IMG/VR virus record: IMGVR_UViG_3300021956_000001
DNA: 64,000 nucleotides
Origin: a virus
Reading direction: 5' to 3' (one strand)
Shown: one piece after another, positions 24,855-34,084 of the stretch
Layout of the letters: each line of letters opens with the position of its first letter
Position numbering within the stretch: the first letter of the stretch is position 1
The notes under the pieces: generated by a model
Database searches by the model: none
Seen by the model: only the letters and a program-made list of their open reading frames with translations
What the model was told of the DNA's origin: nothing
Made by a program: the position numbers and the translations under genes

Positions 24855-25014
24855 TGGTAGAAGGCAAATCTTCTCCATCAAAATTTCACGATGATTATGA
24901 TTCAGCAGTAGCTGAAGCAACTAGATTAGCTCAAATGGAAAGACGAACAGTTTATGTTCTAAAACCAGTAGCTGTTGTTGAATTAAACGATGTTAAAATA
25001 ACAACTTTATAAAA

Positions 25015-25734
25015 ATGGAATGGCAAAAATTTAAACCAATGTTTCACCCTAGTTGGCATGCAAAGATGCGTCCATTTATAGAGAGTGAAGAGTGTGATAA
25101 GATTTATGCATTTCTAAAAGCAGAGAGTAGGAGGGGTAAAAAGATTGCCCCTCAATCTATGCACCTTTGGAGATGTTTCTTAGAGACCTCATTAGATGAT
25201 ATTAAAGCTGTGATTGTAGGTATGGCACCCTATCACACATTTAAGAATGATATGCCAGTAGCTGATGGTTTATTGATGGGATGTTCTATCACTAATCAAT
25301 TACAACCTACATTAGAACAGTTTTACGGTGGTATAGAAAGAGAATTATACAATGGACTAAACCTTAGTTATATCCCTAATCCAGATGTAAGTTATTTGGC
25401 CAAACAAGGAGTGCTTATGCTTAATGCTTCTCTATCTGTAGAAGTAAATAAAGCAGGTAGTCATCTTGATATATGGGAACCATTTATGAAATATTTATTT
25501 GAAGAAGTGTTGAATGTTACAGGAGTACCAGTGCTATTCTTAGGTAAGGATGCTGGTAAGTATAAAAAGTATACAGGCATATTCTCTCATAGTTTTGTAG
25601 TGAGTCATCCAGCAGCTGCTTCTTATAAAGGAACTGATTGGGATACAGAAGGAGTGTTTGGTAAAATAGATGTATTATTAGAAGAAAGTAATGGATTTGG
25701 TGTTCAATGGTTGGACATGGATGTACCATTTTAA
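25015..25734 (+). CDS. family-1 uracil-DNA glycosylase homologue lacking the catalytic Asp
   Basis: Collinear with E. coli Ung: VIVGMAPYH (vs VILGQDPYH), QGVLMLNASLSV (vs QGVLLLNTVLTV), SHPAAAS (vs PHPSPLS). Confidence 0.75.
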   Translation: MEWQKFKPMFHPSWHAKMRPFIESEECDKIYAFLKAESRRGKKIAPQSMHLWRCFLETSLDDIKAVIVGMAPYHTFKNDMPVADGLLMGCSITNQLQPTLEQFYGGIERELYNGLNLSYIPNPDVSYLAKQGVLMLNASLSVEVNKAGSHLDIWEPFMKYLFEEVLNVTGVPVLFLGKDAGKYKKYTGIFSHSFVVSHPAAASYKGTDWDTEGVFGKIDVLLEESNGFGVQWLDMDVPF

Positions 25735-25747
25735 AAAGAAATAAAAT

Positions 25748-25918
25748 ATGAAATTCTTTTTACATAAATTAAAATATAGTTTATTTTATTGGTTTGGAAG
25801 AAAGTATAAATATTGTTTTAATTGTCTTTTTGATAGATATACATTTACTAAAGTTGAATGGAGGTATATGTTATGCTGGAAATGCTATGAAAAGCATTCG
25901 TCAGGTAGACAAGGGTAA
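25748..25918 (+). CDS. 56-aa Cys4 zinc-ribbon protein (below cutoff)
   Basis: Hand translation MKFFLHKLKYSLFYWFGRKYKYCFNCLFDRYTFTKVEWRYMLCWKCYEKHSSGRQG; replaces antisense ORF 25848..26051. Confidence 0.4.
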   Translation: MKFFLHKLKYSLFYWFGRKYKYCFNCLFDRYTFTKVEWRYMLCWKCYEKHSSGRQG

Positions 25919-25940
25919 ACATTTTAAAAACAAATAAGAT

Positions 25941-26282
25941 ATGAAACAAAGACTTGAAAAATATTCTGAAAGATTTGACAATAAGGATAATGAACTTACA
26001 GAAGGTATTTTCAATCCTGATACTTGGGGTAAAAGGGTAGTAGAAAAACACATTGATATTTTAGATATGGGTCAAATTCCTCCAAAAGAAGAACATAAAC
26101 AAGAAACGCTTGAAGAAGCTGCTGAAATATTTGATTATACATTAGGAGTTGAATATTGTGCGTTTATTGAAGGTGCTAAATGGCAACAAGAACAAATAGG
26201 TAAGTCAGAATTTCTGCAAAGATTAAGAGCAACAAAATCTGATGCAGAAGCAAGAAGATTAATATTTGAACAATTTAAATAG
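25941..26282 (+). CDS. hypothetical protein (113 aa)
   Basis: ATG ORF preceded by AAAAACAAATAAGATATG motif. Confidence 0.55.
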   Translation: MKQRLEKYSERFDNKDNELTEGIFNPDTWGKRVVEKHIDILDMGQIPPKEEHKQETLEEAAEIFDYTLGVEYCAFIEGAKWQQEQIGKSEFLQRLRATKSDAEARRLIFEQFK

Positions 26283-26291
26283 AAATAAGAT

Positions 26292-26528
26292 ATGACAGCA
26301 GAACAATTTTTAGCTAAAAAATGTAGAGAATCAAAAATTGATTATGGAATACTTCCACCTCCTACAAGTGCAGAAGAGGCTTTAGAAATATTAACAGTAC
26401 ATTTCCTTGGACATGATTGGTGCACAGCAAATCCAATGAGTGCTGAACAAGTTTATACTGAAATAGTAGTAAGTATACTTGATAAAACTCAACCAAAAAG
26501 TTTTTTGAAAAGACTGTTTAACATTTAA
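26292..26528 (+). CDS. hypothetical protein (78 aa)
   Basis: ATG ORF preceded by TAGAAATAAGATATG motif. Confidence 0.55.
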   Translation: MTAEQFLAKKCRESKIDYGILPPPTSAEEALEILTVHFLGHDWCTANPMSAEQVYTEIVVSILDKTQPKSFLKRLFNI

Positions 26529-26542
26529 AAACAAATAAGATT

Positions 26543-26872
26543 ATGGAGAATGCATTAATAAAATTAGAAGATCTTAGAATAGGAGATGAAATACTTATTT
26601 CATGTCAGTCACACATGAAATATCTCAAAGTGTTAGATGTGCCTAGACTTAGTCCTACTAAGAAACATTGGAGTACAGGTGCTCCTTTGTATAAATCAGT
26701 TAGATGTTCCACTAGGCAAGATGTAATTACAAATACCTATACACATAATGGTAATTCATACACTAGAACACACAAAGAATGGGGAGTGACTGCTGAAGAT
26801 CATAATATTAGAATATCCCAAGATTTATCAGATAGACAAATCTGGTTAGTAAAAAGAGAAAATAACGATTAA
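26543..26872 (+). CDS. hypothetical protein (109 aa)
   Basis: ATG ORF preceded by AAAAACAAATAAGATTATG motif. Confidence 0.55.
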   Translation: MENALIKLEDLRIGDEILISCQSHMKYLKVLDVPRLSPTKKHWSTGAPLYKSVRCSTRQDVITNTYTHNGNSYTRTHKEWGVTAEDHNIRISQDLSDRQIWLVKRENND

Positions 26873-26883
26873 ATTAAAGCAAG

Positions 26884-29211
26884 ATGATTTTAGAAAAACA
26901 AACAGAAGCAAACATTATTGAACAAGGAACAACACAAGAGAGTATAGGAATGTCACTAGACTTAGATTCTGCACAGATATTGATGCAGATGTTAAGTAAG
27001 AATTTATATTCTGATGACATAGGTTCGACTGTCAGAGAATGTGCATCTAATGCACTAGATAGTCATAGAAGAGCTGGAGTGCACATGCCTATCATTGTGG
27101 GATTCAAACCTGCAGCAAGTGGAAATTATGAATTCACTGTAGAAGATTTTGGTGTAGGACTTGATGCTGATGATGTAAAGAACATTATTAGTAAATATGG
27201 TAAGTCTACAAAGCGTGACTCTGCTACAGAGTTAGGTATGATGGGTCTTGGTTTCAAAGCTCCTCTAGCATATAGCTCTAGTTTCTATTTTGTATGTAGA
27301 AAGAATGGAATGGAGCGTAAGTATATGATGTATGAAGGAGAAGATGTAAACACTATCGATCTTTTATATGAAGAACCAACTGCAGAAGGTAATGGTGTAA
27401 AAATTATTATTCCAGTTAAGTATCAAGATGGTTATCAATTCAGAAGAAAGATTAAAGAGCAATTGTGTTATTTTGAAAGTGTTTATTTCGATGTACCAGA
27501 AGATGCATCTATCACTAATGGATTTGTAATTGCTAGACATGAACACTTCCAATTCTCTGAATTAGCTGATGATCCATATTTACATGTATGTCTAGATAAT
27601 GTTTATTATCCATTAGACTTTGGTAAACTTGGCATTAATTCTATTAGATTCCCTATAGCTCTTAGATTCTCATTAAGTGATGGTATTTATCCAACACCAA
27701 ATAGAGAAGCTTTGAGATATACCAAGGAAGCTAAAGACATTATTCTTGAGAAACTAAAAACTGTAGCAAACTATTATGTAGAGAAATACAACACTCAAAT
27801 AGAATCAGGAACTGATGTTAAAAGCATCATTAACTATCTTGAAAGTACAAGTAGATACGTAAATCTTGGTAATGGTAAGAGACAAGATATTTCTCAGTTT
27901 CAAAAATATGCTACAACACAATTCACTGCACCTAAGTTAGAAGGTCTTGAGTTATTTGATATAGCTCATTTACATGCTACAACTAATACATATTGGTTAG
28001 GTGAGTATGCTACACAATTTGAACTTAGAAGCGATAGAATGTATGCAACTGACAAGTCTTATTGTTGGAGCTTTAGACCAAATCGTATAGCTGAAGACAA
28101 AGTTGATGTTTATGTATATACAGGAAAACTTCCCCAAGTAAAGAAAGATTATGTTAAATCTTTATATCCATCATCTGGTGCCAAAAATGTTATACTTGTT
28201 AAACATGCTCATCCAAAGGTGTTAGGTAAGAAGGGTAGAGTTAGTGATCTAAATTATAGACACATTCTTAGTCTTGATAAATATCCAAAATCTGAATGGA
28301 GAACTAGAATCAAAGACTATCAACATGTTGTTGGATTACTTACTGAAGGATTTATTGATCTTGATGCTATTGAAATACCAGAAGCATTTATTGAATCTAG
28401 AAAGAAAGCTAAAGCTGCAATTGCTGTAACCACTACTACATCATCTAAACGTCTTAAAGTGAAAGGTGAGATTGTTGGTAAAAAAGGTATTGCATTAATG
28501 CGATATGTAGAGGGTAGAAATTGTAAATTTGACTCTACATTGTATAAACTAGAAGATCTTGAATCAGCTAAGCACTTAAAAGTGTATGCTAATCATGCTG
28601 ATTATTTGAAACTAGATGCTTTATATGCAATGAAGGGTAAACAAAAGATTGAAGTGATTACATTTTCAGAAAGAGAATTGAAGATTGTAAACTCTTTAGA
28701 TATTCACAACATAATGTCATTTGATAAATTTATGGAAGGTAACAATGCACCATTTAAGAGACTTGTAACAAGTTATTTGATTCACAACTTCATACGTAAA
28801 TATGAAGCTACATTCAATAAAAGAGAAATAGTTGGATTTGTATCAACAAACTTGAGTGAGAGAATGAAAGTGTTAGTTGATTATAGATCTGCAAACTATG
28901 GTAGCGGAGCTTATCCAAGTTCTTCAGAGAAAGAGTTGTATGAAGCAATGTTAGTTGTTGCTCAAGAGAACAATCTATTTGACATGAATGTTTATCCAGA
29001 ACTATTACAATTACAAGAACTATTTGATAAGCTTCCATTCTTAAATCCTTTGTTTAAATCTATGGGATATTTTAATCCTGAAGATCCAATGGTAAATGTT
29101 GTAAGTGACTTATTCAAATATCACAGACAGAAAGTAGATTTAAAACACTACAATGTTAAATTGAATGAAGAAGTGCTAACTGAAGAACAAGTAGAAGAAT
29201 TATTAGACTAA
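26884..29211 (+). CDS. GHKL (Hsp90/MORC-type) ATPase, 775 aa
   Basis: Bergerat-fold motifs: N-box ECASNALDS, G1 DFGVGLD, G2 GMMGLGFKA, closest by eye to Hsp90 ELISNASDA / GxFGVGFYS. Confidence 0.7.
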   Translation: MILEKQTEANIIEQGTTQESIGMSLDLDSAQILMQMLSKNLYSDDIGSTVRECASNALDSHRRAGVHMPIIVGFKPAASGNYEFTVEDFGVGLDADDVKNIISKYGKSTKRDSATELGMMGLGFKAPLAYSSSFYFVCRKNGMERKYMMYEGEDVNTIDLLYEEPTAEGNGVKIIIPVKYQDGYQFRRKIKEQLCYFESVYFDVPEDASITNGFVIARHEHFQFSELADDPYLHVCLDNVYYPLDFGKLGINSIRFPIALRFSLSDGIYPTPNREALRYTKEAKDIILEKLKTVANYYVEKYNTQIESGTDVKSIINYLESTSRYVNLGNGKRQDISQFQKYATTQFTAPKLEGLELFDIAHLHATTNTYWLGEYATQFELRSDRMYATDKSYCWSFRPNRIAEDKVDVYVYTGKLPQVKKDYVKSLYPSSGAKNVILVKHAHPKVLGKKGRVSDLNYRHILSLDKYPKSEWRTRIKDYQHVVGLLTEGFIDLDAIEIPEAFIESRKKAKAAIAVTTTTSSKRLKVKGEIVGKKGIALMRYVEGRNCKFDSTLYKLEDLESAKHLKVYANHADYLKLDALYAMKGKQKIEVITFSERELKIVNSLDIHNIMSFDKFMEGNNAPFKRLVTSYLIHNFIRKYEATFNKREIVGFVSTNLSERMKVLVDYRSANYGSGAYPSSSEKELYEAMLVVAQENNLFDMNVYPELLQLQELFDKLPFLNPLFKSMGYFNPEDPMVNVVSDLFKYHRQKVDLKHYNVKLNEEVLTEEQVEELLD

Positions 29212-29218
29212 TAACATA

Positions 29219-29239
29219 GGGGGAGAAATCCCCCTTTTT
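29219..29239 (+). terminator. rho-independent terminator
   Basis: GGGGGA-GAAA-TCCCCC then TTTTT. Confidence 0.7.
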
Positions 29240-29260
29240 AAACAATTAAATAAACAAACT

Positions 29261-30775
29261 ATGAGCAAATTTTTAAGTCTTGACTGGTTCAAGAGCAGAG
29301 TGGAAACTACAATTGAAAAAGTTGTAACAAGTAAATTAGAATCTTTAATGGAGCAAGACGACCATGAAGAAAGACTGAGCCTTATTAAGAGTATCAAGTT
29401 GGTTAATGATACACTTACAGTGGTGCTACATGATGGATCAGTGATAGGTAAGCCTAATGCTGATAAAGATGATTATGATGCTGTATTGGATGCCAGAGAT
29501 GAAGAATCTATTTACAATATTATGTCTTCTGCAGAAGTTAGACATGAAAAGCAGATGTATGCAGACATGCGTGTAAAAATGGAAGCTTTACAAGAAGGAA
29601 TTCAAATGTTAGATGGTCTTCCTGATTTTGTTATAGATGGTAATTCAGTGTCTTTATCTGGTACATCTAGAACAATGCCACAATTATTAGTGGAGAGATT
29701 CATTGAGATTGTAAACAGAGTGAAATATCAAAAAGGATTTGGATTCACTCCTGAATCATTACAAGAAGATGATGAGTATTTAGCTCATAAAAACTTCTTC
29801 ATGTGGTGTTGTTTAAATCCAAGAGCTGAAGTGGCAAATGAATTGTATAGATTCTTGAATGAGAATTCATTTAGAATTACTAAACAAGGATTCTTCGTAG
29901 CTCTTAGAAATGTTGTAACTCTTCATGGATCTCCAGAACTTGTACACTTTGTAAGTAACACTTATAATAAAGTGAAAGCTGTATGGAAAAAGAACCCAGA
30001 GCACTATTCTGTATTTTTACAAAATGGAGAATATAAACTTGTTCATGATGATAAGTTGTATGAAGAGAAGACATTCACATCTACTACATGTCAAGAGTGT
30101 GATGGTGATGGTGGATGGAATGATTATGATGGTTGGGAAGATGGTGAATGGGTAGATTGTGATAACTGTAATGGTTCAGGAGAAGTAGATGCATATGAAT
30201 ATACAGAAACTGTTCGTGTAGAACATGGTCAACTTATTGGTAGACTTCTTGAGTTGTATTTAGATCTTCCTAATAGAGAGGAAAATAGATTTACAGATGA
30301 TTGGACTAAGACATTTGATATTCGTATTGGTCAATTGACAAGTATGCCTATGGAAGAATGTAACTGGAGTACACAAGATTGTGCTGCTGCAGGATTACAC
30401 TTTACAGCAGACCAAATTCACTATGTTGGATGTGGTGATCAATCTGTTCTTGTACTTATCAATCCTATGAAGGTGGTAGGTATTGGACAACATAAAGGTA
30501 GATGTTATGAGTATCTTCCAATTATGACCGTACCAAGAGAAGAAGCTACAAGAATTCTACATGATGGTCAGTTTGATACATTACAACTTGATGAGCAATA
30601 TGCTATTTCTGAGTTAGAATCATTAGCAGAAAAAGCCCTAGCAGGGTTCGCTGCTGAAACTAAGAAATATGAGTTCAATATGCCTACTATTTCATCAAAA
30701 GAAATAGAAGCTATTGTATTGAGTCTTAGTGAGATGAAAGAGAAGATTAGTAGTCGTGTAACAACTATTGATTAA
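29261..30775 (+). CDS. 504-aa protein with DnaJ-type CxxCxGxG zinc-finger repeats
   Basis: CQECDGDG ... CDNCNGSG within an acidic W/D-rich insert. Confidence 0.6.
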   Translation: MSKFLSLDWFKSRVETTIEKVVTSKLESLMEQDDHEERLSLIKSIKLVNDTLTVVLHDGSVIGKPNADKDDYDAVLDARDEESIYNIMSSAEVRHEKQMYADMRVKMEALQEGIQMLDGLPDFVIDGNSVSLSGTSRTMPQLLVERFIEIVNRVKYQKGFGFTPESLQEDDEYLAHKNFFMWCCLNPRAEVANELYRFLNENSFRITKQGFFVALRNVVTLHGSPELVHFVSNTYNKVKAVWKKNPEHYSVFLQNGEYKLVHDDKLYEEKTFTSTTCQECDGDGGWNDYDGWEDGEWVDCDNCNGSGEVDAYEYTETVRVEHGQLIGRLLELYLDLPNREENRFTDDWTKTFDIRIGQLTSMPMEECNWSTQDCAAAGLHFTADQIHYVGCGDQSVLVLINPMKVVGIGQHKGRCYEYLPIMTVPREEATRILHDGQFDTLQLDEQYAISELESLAEKALAGFAAETKKYEFNMPTISSKEIEAIVLSLSEMKEKISSRVTTID

Positions 30776-30790
30776 GAATGTTAATTACAG

Positions 30791-30825
30791 TTATGTCGCA
30801 ATTATTTACTATTTTTGCGACATAA
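30791..30825 (+). promoter_or_regulatory. 11-bp perfect hairpin containing a TAnnTTTG box
   Basis: TTATGTCGCAA (30791-801) / TTGCGACATAA (30815-825); TATTTTTG at 30810-17, 25 nt upstream of ATG 30842. Confidence 0.45.
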
Positions 30826-30841
30826 CTTAATTTAAAAGATT

Positions 30842-31231
30842 ATGGCAAAGAGAGTGTTAGTCCCAAAGACAAGATGTAATGGAACAATGAGTGAAGCAGC
30901 CTTCTGGAGCTTCATAAGAAGTGCTTTGAGACAAAAAAGTAGATGGTGGAAGCCTATATCAGTATGTAAAGAGAATGCAAAACGTCCATATAAAGGACCA
31001 AACAAGCGTCAGAAATATGAATATCAGTGTAAGAAGTGTAAGAAGTGGTTTCCAGATAAACAGATCAATATAGATCACATACAACCTGCAGGTAGCTTAA
31101 ATACAGCTCAAGACTTACCAGGATTTGTAGAAAGATTATTCTGTGAACAAGACAACTTACAAGTGTTATGCACTGGTTGCCATGATAAGAAGACCCTTAA
31201 AGAAAAACAATCTAAAAAGAAAACAGTATGA
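30842..31231 (+). CDS. HNH endonuclease
   Basis: CKKCKK..IDHIQP..N..LCTGCHDKKT (HNH with Cys4 zinc site). Confidence 0.75.
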   Translation: MAKRVLVPKTRCNGTMSEAAFWSFIRSALRQKSRWWKPISVCKENAKRPYKGPNKRQKYEYQCKKCKKWFPDKQINIDHIQPAGSLNTAQDLPGFVERLFCEQDNLQVLCTGCHDKKTLKEKQSKKKTV

Positions 31232-31368
31232 AAACATTTAGAATAATATATCTACCACACGGTAGAGAGGACAAAGAGTGGATTGATGTACAAGCTACAT
31301 CTATACAAGATGCTATGAATAATTTCAAAGGAGGTCCAATATTAGATGTCAGAGAAGAAAATGATTAA
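31228..31368 (+). CDS. hypothetical protein (46 aa, below cutoff)
   Basis: ATGA overlap; hand translation MKTFRIIYLPHGREDKEWIDVQATSIQDAMNNFKGGPILDVREENDstop. Confidence 0.35.
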   Translation: MKTFRIIYLPHGREDKEWIDVQATSIQDAMNNFKGGPILDVREEND

Positions 31369-31522
31369 ATGGATTATAAGTAGAGTTACTATGGTTAAAC
31401 TTGGTAAATCATTTTGGGATAAAGTGGCACAAAAACCTGTATATTATTGGAGAGATTGCTACTTTGATGTATACATGGCATCATCTAGATGGGGACTTAG
31501 AGTAAAAATGAACAATTTATGA
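31361..31522 (+). CDS. hypothetical protein (53 aa, below cutoff)
   Basis: Hand translation MIKWIISRVTMVKLGKSFWDKVAQKPVYYWRDCYFDVYMASSRWGLRVKMNNL. Confidence 0.35.
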   Translation: MIKWIISRVTMVKLGKSFWDKVAQKPVYYWRDCYFDVYMASSRWGLRVKMNNL

Positions 31523-31665
31523 GTAGAACCGTAAAGAAAAAGAAGACTGGAGCTAAAGCTGTAAGTCATCAATGTAGAAACAATGGTACATGTCCATGGT
31601 GTTTTAGAGATAGAATGTACAAACATTTAAAAAGATTATTCAAATATGGGACAGATAACGATTAA
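31519..31665 (+). CDS. 48-aa basic Cys-rich protein (below cutoff)
   Basis: ATGA overlap; MSRTVKKKKTGAKAVSHQCRNNGTCPWCFRDRMYKHLKRLFKYGTDND. Confidence 0.4.
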   Translation: MSRTVKKKKTGAKAVSHQCRNNGTCPWCFRDRMYKHLKRLFKYGTDND

Positions 31666-31873
31666 TAAAACACCTTCATTTAATGAAGTGTGGTATGAAG
31701 GAAACATTGAACACATGGGTAAACAACATTTCTTCTGGTTAATACATCCGCAAGGATTAGATGTTAAAGGAGAGAATTATGAACTTGAAGTGAGATGGTT
31801 CTTTAGTAATGTGCCAAGAGAAGTGAGAGCATTGTATCCACAAATTATAGAAGCATTTAAACAAACATTATGA
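31646..31873 (+). CDS. hypothetical protein (75 aa)
   Basis: ATG ORF. Confidence 0.5.
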   Translation: MGQITINKTPSFNEVWYEGNIEHMGKQHFFWLIHPQGLDVKGENYELEVRWFFSNVPREVRALYPQIIEAFKQTL

Positions 31874-32922
31874 TAGAGGGAGTAGCAAAAACAGAAGCAG
31901 AGTACAGAGCTGTACAAATGGACTCATCGAGTTCACTAAAAGATTTCTCACAAGACAGAAGAAAGTATTACAAGAAGTATGTTCTTGGTGAGAGAGTAGA
32001 AGAAAAGGAAAACCTTGCTGCCAATATGGGTAGAATTGTAGAAACCATATTAATGGAACCAGAAACATTTGATGATAAGTTCTTTATGTCATCATGTATG
32101 TCTACACCAACAGGACTTATGCTTGAATTTGTTGAAGCATTATATCGTGTAACCAAAGAAGCTACAGATGAATTTGGTACTGTAACAAGACCATTTAGTG
32201 AATTAGCTGAAGAGGCATACAAACTGTCAGGATTCAAAATTAAATTTGAAGCTGTACTTACTAAATTCATAGGAAGTGATGCTGAGGTTTATTATAATGA
32301 AATTCGTACTGTAAGAACTAAAGGACTCACTGTTGTAAACACTGCAGAAATTTCAATTGCTGAAAAGATTGTAGAACAGCTGAAAACTAATAGTACAACA
32401 GCACCAATTGTAAACTTGGTAAATAGTGCCAGATATACAATTATGGATCAGTTACAAGTGGAAGGATATACAATTGACAATTTCCCACTTAAATCTATGC
32501 TTGATAAAGTGATAGTTGATCATGAAGAAAAAGTTATTAAACCATATGATCTTAAGTGTACATGGTCTGTAGAGAACTTCTATGAAGAATATTATTTATA
32601 CAGAAGAGCATACATTCAAGCTTATCTATATTATAATGCAATGTTACATCTTGCACAAGATGAATTAAGTGAGTATTATGGATATAGAGTGGATTATCTG
32701 CAGTTTATTGTATGTGATTCTAGTAATTATTATTCTCCATTAATCTACACTCTTGATGAAGGAGATATGGAAGATGCATATCATGGATTTGTACACAAAG
32801 GAAGAACTTATCCAGGTGTCAAAGATATCATTGAAAGTGTTAAATGGGCAATCAACACAGGTGTATGGAACACAAGCCACAAAAATTATTTAGCTAACGG
32901 TGTTGTAAATATTAAAGGATAA
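31870..32922 (+). CDS. PD-(D/E)XK nuclease (Cas4/RecB-family exonuclease-like)
   Basis: ..LDKVIVD.., YDLKC (D-x-K), RRAYIQAYLYY (QxxxY). Confidence 0.55.
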   Translation: MIEGVAKTEAEYRAVQMDSSSSLKDFSQDRRKYYKKYVLGERVEEKENLAANMGRIVETILMEPETFDDKFFMSSCMSTPTGLMLEFVEALYRVTKEATDEFGTVTRPFSELAEEAYKLSGFKIKFEAVLTKFIGSDAEVYYNEIRTVRTKGLTVVNTAEISIAEKIVEQLKTNSTTAPIVNLVNSARYTIMDQLQVEGYTIDNFPLKSMLDKVIVDHEEKVIKPYDLKCTWSVENFYEEYYLYRRAYIQAYLYYNAMLHLAQDELSEYYGYRVDYLQFIVCDSSNYYSPLIYTLDEGDMEDAYHGFVHKGRTYPGVKDIIESVKWAINTGVWNTSHKNYLANGVVNIKG

Positions 32923-32923
32923 T

Positions 32924-33475
32924 ATGGAAGTAAAAAAGACCATAACAAGTATTTTTATGGTGCCTACATTAAAGGCACCTAAAGATGCTTTGAGAAGTAA
33001 TGGATTTATCAATGGTTATATTAAAGATGAAACTGCAGAACATCATTATGAGGGATGCATCTATTTGTTATTTCGTCCAGAGAACATTGATAAGTTTAGA
33101 GAATTTCTAGATAATGAATATGAACGAACAAAAGATGTTGTAGAGGATTATGATTATGAAGGAGGATATGTTGTTGTTGTTTATAAACTGAATTCAGAAT
33201 TGAAAGATGATTATAATCTTGTTAAAGAAGGTAAATATTCTAGAACATCTAAAGAGTTCAAACTGCAATTTCCAAAAGTTATTAAAATAACTAAGAATGG
33301 ATTGAATAGAGATGAAATATCTTTACAGTATAGAATATTTAACAGAACACAAGATTTAATTGATTTCTGGGAAGAAAAGCTAGGAATTAAATTTGATGAT
33401 GGTATGGAGGTGTGGGATGGATTTGATGAACAAAAAGAAGTGTTGAACATTAATAAACTCAAAGAAAATGTATAA
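32924..33475 (+). CDS. hypothetical protein (183 aa)
   Basis: ATG ORF 1 nt after previous stop. Confidence 0.55.
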   Translation: MEVKKTITSIFMVPTLKAPKDALRSNGFINGYIKDETAEHHYEGCIYLLFRPENIDKFREFLDNEYERTKDVVEDYDYEGGYVVVVYKLNSELKDDYNLVKEGKYSRTSKEFKLQFPKVIKITKNGLNRDEISLQYRIFNRTQDLIDFWEEKLGIKFDDGMEVWDGFDEQKEVLNINKLKENV

Positions 33476-33680
33476 CGAAGAAATATACCAAAAAATGAAA
33501 GCAGAGTTTGGTGCACTACTAATGCCAGCAGTAACTGATATTATATCTAAACTGTATGACATTAAGTATGAAGCTGCTAAGAATACAGATGCTCTTACTG
33601 AATATGATTATGAGCGTGATTGGTGGATGGAAAAACATAAAGAAATAATCTCTAAATTAGAAAACACATGTCAGGACTAG
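33468..33680 (+). CDS. hypothetical protein (70 aa)
   Basis: ATG ORF, short overlaps both sides. Confidence 0.5.
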   Translation: MYNEEIYQKMKAEFGALLMPAVTDIISKLYDIKYEAAKNTDALTEYDYERDWWMEKHKEIISKLENTCQD

Positions 33681-34048
33681 ATTTATTAGAAAAATATCCA
33701 TTAGCTGCTAAAGTAGTTAGTGAGTGGGTAATGCAACAGATGTTAGAATCATTTAATGATGAATCTGTACCAGAAGATTTTAAGAACTATATGCTTCAAC
33801 AAGGAGTGGATAACGATAAGTTAGCTGTCATGATTGATGCACAACCTAGATTCTTGTTTGATGTATTTGATCACAATGATGTTATTATTGAGACTATTGT
33901 ATTTCCAGATAAAACATTCTCTTGCAAGATAGGAAATTTAGCAACAACAAACTTTTGGAAAACACGAAGAGAGTCTGAGAAACATGCTATTGAAGGAGCT
34001 TTTGAAATCTTGAATAACAAACTAACACCAGAACCAGTAGAAGAATAA
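33668..34048 (+). CDS. hypothetical protein (126 aa)
   Basis: ATG ORF. Confidence 0.55.
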   Translation: MSGLDLLEKYPLAAKVVSEWVMQQMLESFNDESVPEDFKNYMLQQGVDNDKLAVMIDAQPRFLFDVFDHNDVIIETIVFPDKTFSCKIGNLATTNFWKTRRESEKHAIEGAFEILNNKLTPEPVEE

Positions 34049-34084
34049 TTCTATTGGTTTCTTGTGTATTAAATAACGATAGAT

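Noticed and set aside
24833-24970. 45-aa plus-strand ORF in the 24855-25014 gap
   Set aside because: It is short, overlaps the end of 24618..24854 and has no motif or conserved junction signal. It is left unannotated.
552-26051. Other antisense ORFs in the early region: 552..761, 1551..1844, 2260..2466, 7558..7764, 10568..11072, 11165..11350, 11532..11714, 12199..12399, 12755..12970, 20111..20293, 22478..22690, 22977..23234, 23714..23896, 24166..24438, 25517..25729 and 25848..26051
   Set aside because: All oppose a continuous, overlapping plus-strand gene train. Several are displaced by hand-translated plus-strand ORFs.
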